Shown: piece by piece, positions 30,126-39,787 of the stretch
Numbering within the stretch: position 1 is the first letter of the stretch
Layout: each line of letters begins with the position of its first letter
Assembly: GCA_045633465.1 (NCBI GenBank)
Contig: JAZQYJ010000063.1
Span: 21,735 to 85,734, forward strand
Length of the DNA: 64,000 nt
Origin: Alistipes sp.
GTDB lineage: Bacteria > Bacteroidota > Bacteroidia > Bacteroidales > Rikenellaceae
Direction of reading: 5' to 3'
Program-made: the position numbers and the translations under genes
The notes under the pieces: generated by a model
The model's database searches: none
What the model saw: the letters and a program-made list of their open reading frames with translations, nothing else
Told to the model about the DNA's origin: nothing

Positions 30126-31451
30126 TTAATAGCGCAACCAGCGCCACAAATCCTTCAATTTCGGCTTCGCTCCGTGCATAAAGATTCCTATCTTATAGAT
30201 CTTGGCCGCTCCCCACACGCACACCACAAATGTTGCATACAACAACGCCAACGAAACGGCTATCTCCCACGCCGGAATGCCGCTCGGAATGCGCGCAACC
30301 ATCACAATAGGCGAGGTGAAAGGTATCAGCGAACACCAAAAGATTATTGGCGAATTGGGGTCCTTCATTATCATCATTATAACAACGAATGCCACGATTA
30401 TCGGCAAGGTAACAACCGTAGTGAGTTGTTGTGCATCTTGTGCCTGGTCGACGCTTGCGCCAATAGCCGCATAGAGCGATGCGTAGAGCAAGAAACCTCC
30501 AATCGTAAAGAGCAAGACCATTGCTACAATCGTCGCAATCTGCCCCGCATCGAGCACCGACGCCAGTGCGGTGAGCATCTCCGGAGCAACATCTTGCTGC
30601 ATTGCAAGCACCGACACATCGGCTCCCGCCTGTACCTGCTGAACACTCTCGATAAGGTTCTCAGGCATCAATGCCGGCATAATGACCGCGCTGAAAACAA
30701 CCAACAACACTCCCCAGACGAGAATCTGCGTGGCGGCAACAAGGGCGATGCCGAGGATTTTACCCATCAACATCTCGAATGGTTTTACGGTCGAAACCAT
30801 AACCTCCAAGATGCGCGACGACTTCTCCTCGATAACGCTCTGCATAACCATACTACCATAGATGGCGAGGATGAAATAGAGCAAAAAGCCGAGCACCATA
30901 CCCACCAACGACGAGGCAATCGCCGACGATGCTGCCGACTCCTTCTCCTTGTCGGTGCGGAAGGTGGCGAGATGCACCGAAGCCTCGACTTTGTCGAGTA
31001 TCTCGTCTATATTCTCGATATTGTAGGCTTTCAATCGCTCGCTCTCGATGACCTTTTCAATCTGGTCGGCAATGTTCTCTTCGAGCATCAACGAAGAGGA
31101 GGATGAGGTGTAAAGACGCGCATCATTAGGGTTTTCTACAATCGCATTACCAATATGCAGAACTCCGAAATTGTCCTCATCTTCTGCTGTTGCGACGAGC
31201 GTCTCGGCAATATCCTTGTCCGAAAGGACAAACTCCACCTCATCGTCGGATTTGAGTTGCGGAGCCACAATGCCACTCTCATCCACAACGGTTATTTTGC
31301 GGGTATCCGAGTCGGCAAACTCCATAATCAAGGTTGGTGCCGCACCAATCAAAATCATAAATAGCGGCATCAAAATCGTTGTGAAGATAAACGACTTCTT
31401 ATATACTCTCTCTCGGTACTCACGACCGATAATCAAACCAATATTTCTCAT
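30126..31451 (-). CDS. ABC-2 type exporter permease (NatB-like)
   Basis: VIEEKSSRILEV, GKILG, IPFTSP motifs; multi-TM. Confidence 0.9.
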   Translation of the reverse strand: MRNIGLIIGREYRERVYKKSFIFTTILMPLFMILIGAAPTLIMEFADSDTRKITVVDESGIVAPQLKSDDEVEFVLSDKDIAETLVATAEDEDNFGVLHIGNAIVENPNDARLYTSSSSSLMLEENIADQIEKVIESERLKAYNIENIDEILDKVEASVHLATFRTDKEKESAASSAIASSLVGMVLGFLLYFILAIYGSMVMQSVIEEKSSRILEVMVSTVKPFEMLMGKILGIALVAATQILVWGVLLVVFSAVIMPALMPENLIESVQQVQAGADVSVLAMQQDVAPEMLTALASVLDAGQIATIVAMVLLFTIGGFLLYASLYAAIGASVDQAQDAQQLTTVVTLPIIVAFVVIMMIMKDPNSPIIFWCSLIPFTSPIVMVARIPSGIPAWEIAVSLALLYATFVVCVWGAAKIYKIGIFMHGAKPKLKDLWRWLRY

Positions 31452-31463
31452 AATATCTGCTTG

Positions 31464-32387
31464 TTAGAGGTTTCCGTTTACGGCACGAATAAATATATCG
31501 TTCATCGAAGGAATAGTCTCGACAAATTGGCGCAGTTCGACCGTGTCGTTGATGAGTGCCACTACCGAGCGAACATCCTCGTTGCGCTCAATGTGGAGTT
31601 TGAGCAAGGAGTAACCCGTTGTATTCTCCTCATTTTCGATGATTTCGCACACGCCTTGCAACTTCTCGACAAGAGCCCGACCGTTGCCCTTATACTGCAC
31701 CGAGAATACATTTCCCCCGTGCTCTCGACGAATGTCATCGACCTTGCCCGAAAGAATATTGTGCGACTTGTTGATAAGGGTTATGTGGTCGCATATCTCC
31801 TCTACCGACGACATATTGTGAGTGGAGAAAATCACCGTAGCGCCCTCATCTCGCAATCGGAGAATCTCCTCTTTGAGGAGGTTGGCGTTAATGGGGTCGA
31901 AACCCGAGAACGGCTCGTCAAAAATCAGCAACTCGGGCTTGTGAAGCACCGTAACAATGAACTGAATCTTCTGCGCCATACCCTTCGATAGGTCTTCGAC
32001 CTTCTTGTTCCACCAATCTTCTATGCCGAAGCGCACAAACCACTCTCGCAGGCGGAGCAACGCCTCGTGGCGTTTCAGTCCTTTGAGTTGTGCAAGGAAA
32101 AGAGCCTGCTCGCCCACCTTCATCTTGCGATAAAGACCTCGCTCTTCGGGCAAGTAGCCAATACGGAAGATATCTTGTTGGGTGATGGGGCGACCATCAA
32201 AGAGAATTTGTCCCTCGTCGGGCAGAGTAATGCGGTTGATTGTGCGGATAAGCGTTGTTTTTCCTGCACCATTAGGACCCAGCAAACCATAGACCGAGCC
32301 TCGCGGTATCTCGACCGAGACATCGTCGAGTGCGGTGTGTGCCGAAAATCGTTTGGTTATATGTTCGGCGGTGATAATGTTACTCAT
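31464..32387 (-). CDS. ABC exporter ATP-binding subunit (NatA-like)
   Basis: GPNGAGKT, LSKGM, DEPFSGFDP. Confidence 0.93.
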   Translation of the reverse strand: MSNIITAEHITKRFSAHTALDDVSVEIPRGSVYGLLGPNGAGKTTLIRTINRITLPDEGQILFDGRPITQQDIFRIGYLPEERGLYRKMKVGEQALFLAQLKGLKRHEALLRLREWFVRFGIEDWWNKKVEDLSKGMAQKIQFIVTVLHKPELLIFDEPFSGFDPINANLLKEEILRLRDEGATVIFSTHNMSSVEEICDHITLINKSHNILSGKVDDIRREHGGNVFSVQYKGNGRALVEKLQGVCEIIENEENTTGYSLLKLHIERNEDVRSVVALINDTVELRQFVETIPSMNDIFIRAVNGNL

Positions 32388-32511
32388 ACACCTAAATTTT
32401 TAGAAAATATAGTGCAAATATATAAATTTTCTATTAACTTTGCGTAGAATAGTGAGCATATATGGCGATATGCTCGGGTGTTTATTGCAGAAAACACAAA
32501 TAACTACATAT

Positions 32512-33549
32512 ATGGGAAAGAAAACAGTTTTGGTGTCGGGTGGAGCCGGATATATCGGTTCGCACACCGCCGTAGAGTTGATTAACGCAGGATTGAATGT
32601 TGTTGTTGCAGACAACCTCTCCAACTCGGATATGTCGGGCGTGGAGGGTGTTCGCAAGATTACGGGCGTGGATGTCCCTTTCATAAATGTTGATTGCTGC
32701 GACAAGGAGGCCTTCAAGCGCGAGGTGTTCGAGAAGTACGAGTTCGACTCGGTAATCCACTTCGCTGCATACAAGGCTGTGGGAGAGTCGGTGGCAGACC
32801 CCATGAAGTACTACCGCAACAACCTTCTCTCGTTTATGAACATCATCGACTTGATGCGCGAGACAGGTCGTCACAACATCGTATTCTCGTCGTCGGCAAC
32901 CGTTTATGGCGAGGCTGACGAGCTCCCTGTAACCGAGCAGACTCCTCGCAAGCCTGCGACTTCGGCTTATGGCAACACCAAGCAGATGTGCGAGGATATC
33001 TTGCGCGACTCGGTGGCTGCATACGGTGCTGACGGATTGAAGGGTATCGCTTTGCGCTACTTCAACCCAATCGGCGCTCACCCATCGGCGCTCATCGGAG
33101 AGTTGCCTCGTGGCGTTCCGCAGAACCTCGTTCCATTCATCACCCAGACCGCAGGGGGTATTCGTGAGTGCTTGTCGGTATTCGGCGACGACTACAACAC
33201 CCCTGATGGCTCGTGCTTGCGCGACTACATCGATGTTGTAGATTTGGCAAAGGCGCATGTTGTGGCTATTAAGCGAATGATTGACGGCAAGAGCAAAGAG
33301 AACTACGAAATCTTCAATGTTGGCACGGGTCGTGCAGTATCGGTGTTGGAGTTGGTAAACACCTTCGAGCGCGTGAATGAGTTGAAGCTCAACTACAAGG
33401 TTGCACCTCGTCGCCCTGGCGATGTTGTGGCTATCTGGGCAGATACGGCTCACGCCAACGAGGAGCTCGGCTGGAAGGCAGAGCGCTCGCTCGACGATAC
33501 TCTCCGTTCGGCTTGGGCTTGGGAGAAGAATGTTAGAGGCATTAAATAA
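32512..33549 (+). CDS. galE: UDP-glucose 4-epimerase
   Basis: GGAGYIGSH, KAVGES, SSSATVYG, YGNTK, LRYFNPIGAH. Confidence 0.96.
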   Translation: MGKKTVLVSGGAGYIGSHTAVELINAGLNVVVADNLSNSDMSGVEGVRKITGVDVPFINVDCCDKEAFKREVFEKYEFDSVIHFAAYKAVGESVADPMKYYRNNLLSFMNIIDLMRETGRHNIVFSSSATVYGEADELPVTEQTPRKPATSAYGNTKQMCEDILRDSVAAYGADGLKGIALRYFNPIGAHPSALIGELPRGVPQNLVPFITQTAGGIRECLSVFGDDYNTPDGSCLRDYIDVVDLAKAHVVAIKRMIDGKSKENYEIFNVGTGRAVSVLELVNTFERVNELKLNYKVAPRRPGDVVAIWADTAHANEELGWKAERSLDDTLRSAWAWEKNVRGIK

Positions 33550-33560
33550 GAGTTTACAAT

Positions 33561-34439
33561 ATGGAGTACAAAATAAAGTTACAAGATTTTGCGCCGGCAT
33601 TGACCGATGCGGAGGTTGCTGCGGAGGTTGCTCGTATTAAGGGGCTTTCAACTCGCAACTATCGCAAGGATGTCTATGCGTTTGCCCTTTCGGCGGTTGA
33701 TTTGACAACGCTTACCTGTAATGACTCCGTAGAGTCGGTTACCGCTTTCGCTAAGCGTGCAGTCGATTTCTATACAAAATTTCCCGATTTGGCAAATGTT
33801 GCCTCAATCTGCGTCTATCCATCGTTTGTAGAGACCGTGGGCTTGGCGGTTGACGGCTCGCCAATGCGTATCACAAGTGTTGCAGCAGGCTTCCCTGCAT
33901 CACAAACCTTCCTCGAAGTGAAGATGTTGGAGGTGGCTATGGCAATCGAGAACGGTGCTGACGAGGTAGATATTGTAATGAATGTGGGCAAGGTATTAGA
34001 AGGCAACTACGACGAAGCGGCAAACGAGGTGGAGGTTATTCGTCAGGAGATGGGCGAAGATACCATCTTGAAGGTTATTCTCGAAACAGGCGCTTTGATG
34101 TCGTCGCAGTTGATACACGATGCGTCGTTGTTGGCGATGTTGGCGGGAACCCACTTCATCAAGACCTCGACCGGAAAGATCGATGTTGCAGCAACTCCGG
34201 AGGCTGCGGTTGTGATGTGTCGTGCCATCAAGTTGTTCCACGAAAAGACGGGCGTAAAGGTTGGATTTAAGGCTGCAGGAGGTGTTCGCACCCCTGAGGA
34301 TGCGGCGCTGTACTACACTATCGTCGAGGAGATATTGGGCGAGGAGTGGCTCACAACAGACCTCTTCCGCATTGGAGCTTCGTCGGCAGCAAACAACCTC
34401 TTGTCGGGTATTTTAGGCGAGGAGGTTAAGCATTTCTAA
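33561..34439 (+). CDS. deoC: Deoxyribose-phosphate aldolase
   Basis: DLTTL, GADEVD, KVILETG, FIKTSTGK, FKAAGG, RIGAS. Confidence 0.95.
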   Translation: MEYKIKLQDFAPALTDAEVAAEVARIKGLSTRNYRKDVYAFALSAVDLTTLTCNDSVESVTAFAKRAVDFYTKFPDLANVASICVYPSFVETVGLAVDGSPMRITSVAAGFPASQTFLEVKMLEVAMAIENGADEVDIVMNVGKVLEGNYDEAANEVEVIRQEMGEDTILKVILETGALMSSQLIHDASLLAMLAGTHFIKTSTGKIDVAATPEAAVVMCRAIKLFHEKTGVKVGFKAAGGVRTPEDAALYYTIVEEILGEEWLTTDLFRIGASSAANNLLSGILGEEVKHF

Positions 34440-34563
34440 TCTTATCAAAAGATTATTAAAGAGTTGCAATGTTGTCTGTTGCAACTCTTTTTTGTATAAT
34501 TTTTGCGGAAATTTTGCAGATTGTAGAAAAGTTTGTATATTTGCAGACCGAAAGCGGAGAAAT

Positions 34564-34634
34564 GGTCTGATGGCCGAGTGGCTAGGCAGAGGTCTGCAAA
34601 ACCTCGTACAGCGGTTCGAATCCGCTTCAGACCT
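34564..34634 (+). tRNA. tRNA-Cys (GCA)
   Basis: GGTCTGATGGCCGAGTGGCTAGGCAGAGGTCTGCAAAACCTCGTACAGCGGTTCGAATCCGCTTCAGACCT; CCA not encoded. Confidence 0.96.
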
Positions 34635-34686
34635 CAGATTTTGCAGAGCAGACGACTTAAAATGTCGTCTGTTTTTGTTTGCTGCA

Positions 34687-36132
34687 TTACCTGTTTTTAA
34701 GGGTGCGACGACTGAACAAAAACACTCCTACCATTGTAAATAGTGCGTTGAGAAGCAATATTTCGAAACCAAATTCGTAGCCATTAAACCATATCGTAGA
34801 GTTGTAGTCCAGCAGAGCACAGAGCAATGGCGCAATAACTACCACCACAGGCACCGCCTTATCGCAGATCTCTCTTTTCGACAAAATTCCAAAAGCGAAG
34901 AGTCCGAGCAAGGGTCCATAAGTATAGCTTGCTAAGCGATAAAACAGCTCTATCGTGCTTGCCGTACTCCACTTTTCGAATGCCAAAATGAGCATTAACA
35001 GAACAAGCGCTACGCTACAATGTATCTTCTGGCGAGCCGTTGTCGAAATGCTCTTATTTCGTAAAACATCTACCGAGAAAGAGGTTGTAAGCGAGGTTAG
35101 CGCTCCGCCTGTCGCTGAAAACGATGCCGACACCACGCCCAACACCAACAACACTCCAACCACCGATGGCATACCTTCTCGGGTAGCAACAAACGCAAAC
35201 ACCTCGTCGCCTTTTTCTACCTTTGCGCCCTCCTTGGCGAGGTAGAGATAGAGCAGCGTACCTAGCCCGAGCAACATCGCTATAACAACGGTTTGCAAGA
35301 GTGACGCAGCCACCATATTGCGTTGTGCCGACCGCTGCGAACGGCTGCTCAATGCCCTCTGCATCATATCTTGGTCGAGTCCTGTCATCGCCACAATCAT
35401 AAATATGCCCGCAAAGAACATCTTTACAAAATAGATAGGGGAGTCGAAGTTGTCGAAATAGAATACTTTTGTGAAGCCTTCTAAGTGCGCTTGCGACATC
35501 GCTTCGCCGAGCGAAATACCAAGTTCCCGAAGCATAAACACTGCGCACAATACCACGCACAACACCATACAGAGTGTTTTCAGCGCATCTGTCCAGACCA
35601 CTGCGCCTACTCCACCACGATAGGTATAGAGCCACGCTAAGGCCATAAAAGTTGCTGCTGTCGCCCAAAATGGAACACCAAAAGTCTCACAAAGTAGTTG
35701 TTGAATAACAACACAAACTACAAATGCGCGAAGCGATGCCCCCACAATCTTCGATACAAGAAACAACCACGCTCCTGCCGAGTGGCTACATACACCAAAA
35801 CGACTATCGAGGTATTCGTAGAGAGAGGTTACATTATAACGGTAATAGAGAGGTATGAGAAGATAGGCTATCGCAACGCTTCCCACTATAAAACCAAGCA
35901 CCATCTGCAAGTAGGAGAAACCTGATACGCCAACCATTCCGGGAACGGATATAAAGGTTATACCCGTCATAGGGGCGCCCACCATAGCGAGTGCTACAAC
36001 CCACCATCTCTGACTACGACCACCCAAAAAGAATTTGGTATTATCGCCACCGCGCCCCGAGAGGCGCGCTACTACAAAGAGCAGCACAATATAGGCAATA
36101 ACAACTGCAAGTATCAGCAGAGGGGTTGTCAT
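34687..36132 (-). CDS. Sodium:solute symporter (SSS family)
   Basis: TFISVPG, YEYLDSRFG, VVWTD, GLDQDMMQR. Confidence 0.88.
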   Translation of the reverse strand: MTTPLLILAVVIAYIVLLFVVARLSGRGGDNTKFFLGGRSQRWWVVALAMVGAPMTGITFISVPGMVGVSGFSYLQMVLGFIVGSVAIAYLLIPLYYRYNVTSLYEYLDSRFGVCSHSAGAWLFLVSKIVGASLRAFVVCVVIQQLLCETFGVPFWATAATFMALAWLYTYRGGVGAVVWTDALKTLCMVLCVVLCAVFMLRELGISLGEAMSQAHLEGFTKVFYFDNFDSPIYFVKMFFAGIFMIVAMTGLDQDMMQRALSSRSQRSAQRNMVAASLLQTVVIAMLLGLGTLLYLYLAKEGAKVEKGDEVFAFVATREGMPSVVGVLLVLGVVSASFSATGGALTSLTTSFSVDVLRNKSISTTARQKIHCSVALVLLMLILAFEKWSTASTIELFYRLASYTYGPLLGLFAFGILSKREICDKAVPVVVVIAPLLCALLDYNSTIWFNGYEFGFEILLLNALFTMVGVFLFSRRTLKNR

Positions 36133-36138
36133 CTTTTT

Positions 36139-37344
36139 TTAGAGTTTATCGAGTACTCGACGGATGATTTCTACGCTCTCTCCTATCTCCTCGTCGGAGA
36201 TTACGAGCGGTGGAGATATGCGGAAAGCGGTAGCGCAGTAGAGAAACCAATCGCTCAAAATGCCCTCCTCTTTGAAGAGTTCCATAACCTTGAATAGTCG
36301 CTCCTCCGAGCCGAGTTCCACCGCCAAGAGCAGTCCGCTACGACGAATTTCGAGAACGGCAGGATGGTCTTTTAGCAACGACTCGTAGAGAGCGCCCTTG
36401 CGCTCAACATCGACTACAACATTGTGCTTTTTGAGGTAGCGGAACGCAGCCAAGCCCGCTGCGCAACATACGGGATGACCGCCAAAAGTCGTGATATGAC
36501 CGAGAGTTGGGTTTTCCTGCAACGAGTCCATAATCTCCTTCGACGAAACGAAAGCTCCGAGTGGCATACCTCCACCAAATGCCTTTGCAAGGCAGATTAT
36601 ATCGGGAGTAACACCATATTTCACACAAGCGAACATCTCGCCCGTACGACCCATTCCGGTCTGAATTTCGTCGAATATAAGCAACGCACCAACCTCATCA
36701 CATCGCTTACGCAACGCTTGCAGATAACCCTCCTGCGGAAGGCGTACTCCCGCCTCGCCCTGAACAGGCTCACACAATACACACGCTGTCTTTTCGGTAA
36801 TCTTCGCCAAATCTTCAAACGAGTTGAAGTCCAACGCTCGGCAGTCGGGCAAGAGGGGGCGGAAAGCATTTTTCCACTCCTCGCCTTCGGGCTCGCCCAT
36901 CATACTCATTGCTCCGTGTGTTGAGCCGTGATATGCTCGGCGCATTGATATCATCTCGGTACGGTGGGTATATCGCTTTGCCAGCTTCAACGCCCCCTCA
37001 ACAGCCTCGGCTCCCGAGTTGAGGAAATAGACGCTATCCAAATCGCCTGGCAACGCCTCGGCAATCTCTACGGCATACTCCACTTGTGGTCGCTCAACCA
37101 TCTCGCCATAGACCATCACATGCATATATCGCTCTGCTTGACGCTTGACCGCCTCTACAACATCTTTGTTGGCATGTCCGACATTGCTCACAGAAACACC
37201 CGACACAAGGTCGAAATAGCGTTTTCCCTCAGGTGTGTAGAAAAATACACCCTCTGCTCGCTCCACACCTACAAGCATAGGCGAGGGTGAAGTCTGGGCA
37301 ACATTGGCAAGAAACTGACGACGAAGAATTTGTGTGTTCGACAT
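36139..37344 (-). CDS. Class III PLP aminotransferase (acetylornithine aminotransferase-like)
   Basis: NSGAEAVE, YHGST, EPVQGEAG, FDEIQTGMGRTG, AKAFGGG. Confidence 0.88.
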   Translation of the reverse strand: MSNTQILRRQFLANVAQTSPSPMLVGVERAEGVFFYTPEGKRYFDLVSGVSVSNVGHANKDVVEAVKRQAERYMHVMVYGEMVERPQVEYAVEIAEALPGDLDSVYFLNSGAEAVEGALKLAKRYTHRTEMISMRRAYHGSTHGAMSMMGEPEGEEWKNAFRPLLPDCRALDFNSFEDLAKITEKTACVLCEPVQGEAGVRLPQEGYLQALRKRCDEVGALLIFDEIQTGMGRTGEMFACVKYGVTPDIICLAKAFGGGMPLGAFVSSKEIMDSLQENPTLGHITTFGGHPVCCAAGLAAFRYLKKHNVVVDVERKGALYESLLKDHPAVLEIRRSGLLLAVELGSEERLFKVMELFKEEGILSDWFLYCATAFRISPPLVISDEEIGESVEIIRRVLDKL

Positions 37345-37377
37345 ATTTTTATTTTATCTACTATTCTGTTTTTCTCT

Positions 37378-38301
37378 CTACCCCACTTTCACCATAGCCT
37401 CGATAGACTTTGAGGCTTTTTTGCGAGTCTCCTCATCGAGTTCGATGGTTGGCGATTCGTTTTCGAGGCAGGCGATAATCGAGTCAAGCGTTATCATCTT
37501 CATATACTCACACTCGTTGCACTTCTTTCCCTCGACAGAAGGAGCAGGGATAAATGTTTTGAAAGGATATTTCTTCTCCATCTCCGCCAAGATACCCGGC
37601 TCGGTAACTACGATAAAGGTATCGCATTCGCTTGCTCCGCAATACGATAATATTCCCGCCGTTGAGCCGCAATAATCGGCCAATTCTGCCACTTCTCCCC
37701 TACATTCGGGGTGGACAACCACCTTAGCCTCGGGATGCATTTTTTTAAGGGTTAAAATACCCTCTTTGGAAAATTTCTCGTGGACATGGCAAGCTCCATC
37801 CCAGATAATCATATTTTTTCTACCTGTTACCTTTTGTATATAGGAGCCGAGATTGCGATCAGGAGCAAAGATAATCTGCTTATCCTGTGGTATAGACTCC
37901 ACGACCTGCAAGGCATTCGACGATGTGCAGCAGATATCGGTCAGTGCCTTCACGCCTACGGTGGTATTTACATAAGCAACAACGAGAGCATCGGGATATT
38001 GCGCCTTAAACTTAGCAAAGTCGGCAGCAGGACACGACTCGGCAAGCGAACAGGTAGCCTCGGGGTTTGGTATAAGCACCTTTTTCTCTGGCGAGAGCAC
38101 CTTTGCGGTTTCGCCCATAAAGTGAACACCAGCAAAGAGAATTGTTTTTGCATCTATATCACGCGCCTTCACCGAAAGTGCCAACGAATCACCCAAGAAA
38201 TCTGCCACTTGTTGCACCTCTGGACGACAGTAGTAGTGCGCCAAAATCACCACGCCTTTCTCACGCTTCAACTCCTCAATTTTTGCTATTTTTTCTTTCA
38301 T
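37378..38301 (-). CDS. nadA: Quinolinate synthase
   Basis: LAHYY, GDSL, GVHFMGET, YVNT, CTSSNA, CHVH, HPEC, CEYMK. Confidence 0.96.
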   Translation of the reverse strand: MKEKIAKIEELKREKGVVILAHYYCRPEVQQVADFLGDSLALSVKARDIDAKTILFAGVHFMGETAKVLSPEKKVLIPNPEATCSLAESCPAADFAKFKAQYPDALVVAYVNTTVGVKALTDICCTSSNALQVVESIPQDKQIIFAPDRNLGSYIQKVTGRKNMIIWDGACHVHEKFSKEGILTLKKMHPEAKVVVHPECRGEVAELADYCGSTAGILSYCGASECDTFIVVTEPGILAEMEKKYPFKTFIPAPSVEGKKCNECEYMKMITLDSIIACLENESPTIELDEETRKKASKSIEAMVKVG

Positions 38302-38711
38302 AATCTCTACCTCTATTTTTTCGCCGTTTTCGACACCTGTTATTTATTATTCCTTTTATTAAAATTAAATAATTAATTAAAAATAGAATTAAACAATAAC
38401 AATAATCGCTGTTGAAAGTGTTGATATCTTTTTTTGGAAAAAAGTTGCTAACCGAGGTTTTTCAAAAATTTTACAAATATCTCCGTTAACTCGCTGATAA
38501 CACCCATTTTCCTCTCCCTTTTCAACAAATGTTTATAATTGGTTTTAACAAATTAACATTGTTATTTTTTAACATTCTTAATTAAAATAATCCTAATAAA
38601 AATAGCAACAATTTTTAATAAGTCGGTGGTTTTGTCGGAGTCCTAAAAGTTGTTACAACTTATTAAAGCTTTTCCACCGCTTTTCAACACTATTTCGCCA
38701 TCTTATCAACA
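38302..38711. other. Candidate chromosomal replication origin (oriC)
   Basis: AT-rich DUE-like tract at 38340-38400 and NAA trinucleotide repeats followed by tandem tgttgaaag-tgttgatat (38410-38427). Further TTWTCMACA-like boxes at 38519, 38530, 38670, 38681 and 38703. Confidence 0.65.
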
Positions 38712-39760
38712 ACTTTCTGCGCTATCTGTTGATATACCTCCGCCACTTGCGAAACAGTGTTTACTGCCGGCACTCCATCGTCTGCGCCTTGCATAATGTC
38801 TTGAATTATAGGCACTTCGCCCAATAAATCAACACCAACCTCCTCGGCATAACGCTTTGCTCCTCCCTTGCCGAAAATGTAGTAGCGATTATTCGGCAAC
38901 TCCGCAGGTGTAAACCACGCCATATTCTCCACAACACCCAAAACAGGTATGTTTACATTGGGATTTCTAAACATCTCAACACCTCGAACTACATCTGCCA
39001 CAGCCACTTGCTGCGGAGTAGAAACTATAATCGCTCCTCCGATGCGCAATTCGTTAATTATTGACAAATGTATATCACCCGTACCCGGAGGAAGATCAAT
39101 TAGTAAAAAATCTAAATAACCCCACTCTGTTTGGTGGATTAACTGGCGTAATGCGCTGTTAGCCATTGTTCCACGCCACAACAAAGCGTCTGTTTTGCGG
39201 ATAAACATCGCTATCGAAATCAACTTTATTCCACCCACCTCGGCAGGCACGATATAGTCGTGTCCATCGACTTGCTTTGCATCGGGCAGATAATCCTCCA
39301 CGCCGAACATCTTGGACTGCGAAGGGCCATAGATATCGGCATCGAGAACACCGACCTTGTAACCCTCCTTTGCCAACGCTACGGCGAGGTTTGCGGTAAC
39401 GGTAGATTTACCCACGCCACCCTTGCCCGAAGCAACGGCAACGATGTGCTTGATATTTGCGGTGGTCGAGAGGTTGTGCATCTCCTCGATTGCGGCATTC
39501 TTGGCTGCACGCTCGGCACTCTTCTCTCCCTCTTTGATTACGACAACTACTTTATAGTCGGGATATGCCGCAGCAATGGTCTGCTCTACCCTACTCTTGA
39601 TCTTCACGGCAAACGGATCACGAGCCTTGCGGAAGATAAGCGACACAACGACCTTCTCCCCCTCAATCTCGGCACCCTCAAAGATACCTGCCGTTACAAT
39701 ATCCTGCTCCAACTCGGGGTGAAAGACCCCACGGAGCAACTCTTTAATACGAGCTCTCAC
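38690..39760 (-). CDS. Mrp/NBP35 (ApbC) Fe-S cluster carrier ATPase
   Basis: SGKGGVGKS, DADIYGPS, DLPPGTGD, TPQ, VENM. Confidence 0.93.
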   Translation of the reverse strand: MRARIKELLRGVFHPELEQDIVTAGIFEGAEIEGEKVVVSLIFRKARDPFAVKIKSRVEQTIAAAYPDYKVVVVIKEGEKSAERAAKNAAIEEMHNLSTTANIKHIVAVASGKGGVGKSTVTANLAVALAKEGYKVGVLDADIYGPSQSKMFGVEDYLPDAKQVDGHDYIVPAEVGGIKLISIAMFIRKTDALLWRGTMANSALRQLIHQTEWGYLDFLLIDLPPGTGDIHLSIINELRIGGAIIVSTPQQVAVADVVRGVEMFRNPNVNIPVLGVVENMAWFTPAELPNNRYYIFGKGGAKRYAEEVGVDLLGEVPIIQDIMQGADDGVPAVNTVSQVAEVYQQIAQKVVDKMAK

Positions 39761-39787
39761 TAATTTTTAATTTTCAATTCTCAATTC

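Noticed and set aside
39167-39182. TGTTCCACG half-site inside mrp as a fourth parS
   Set aside because: Only the left half matches and it lies in coding sequence.
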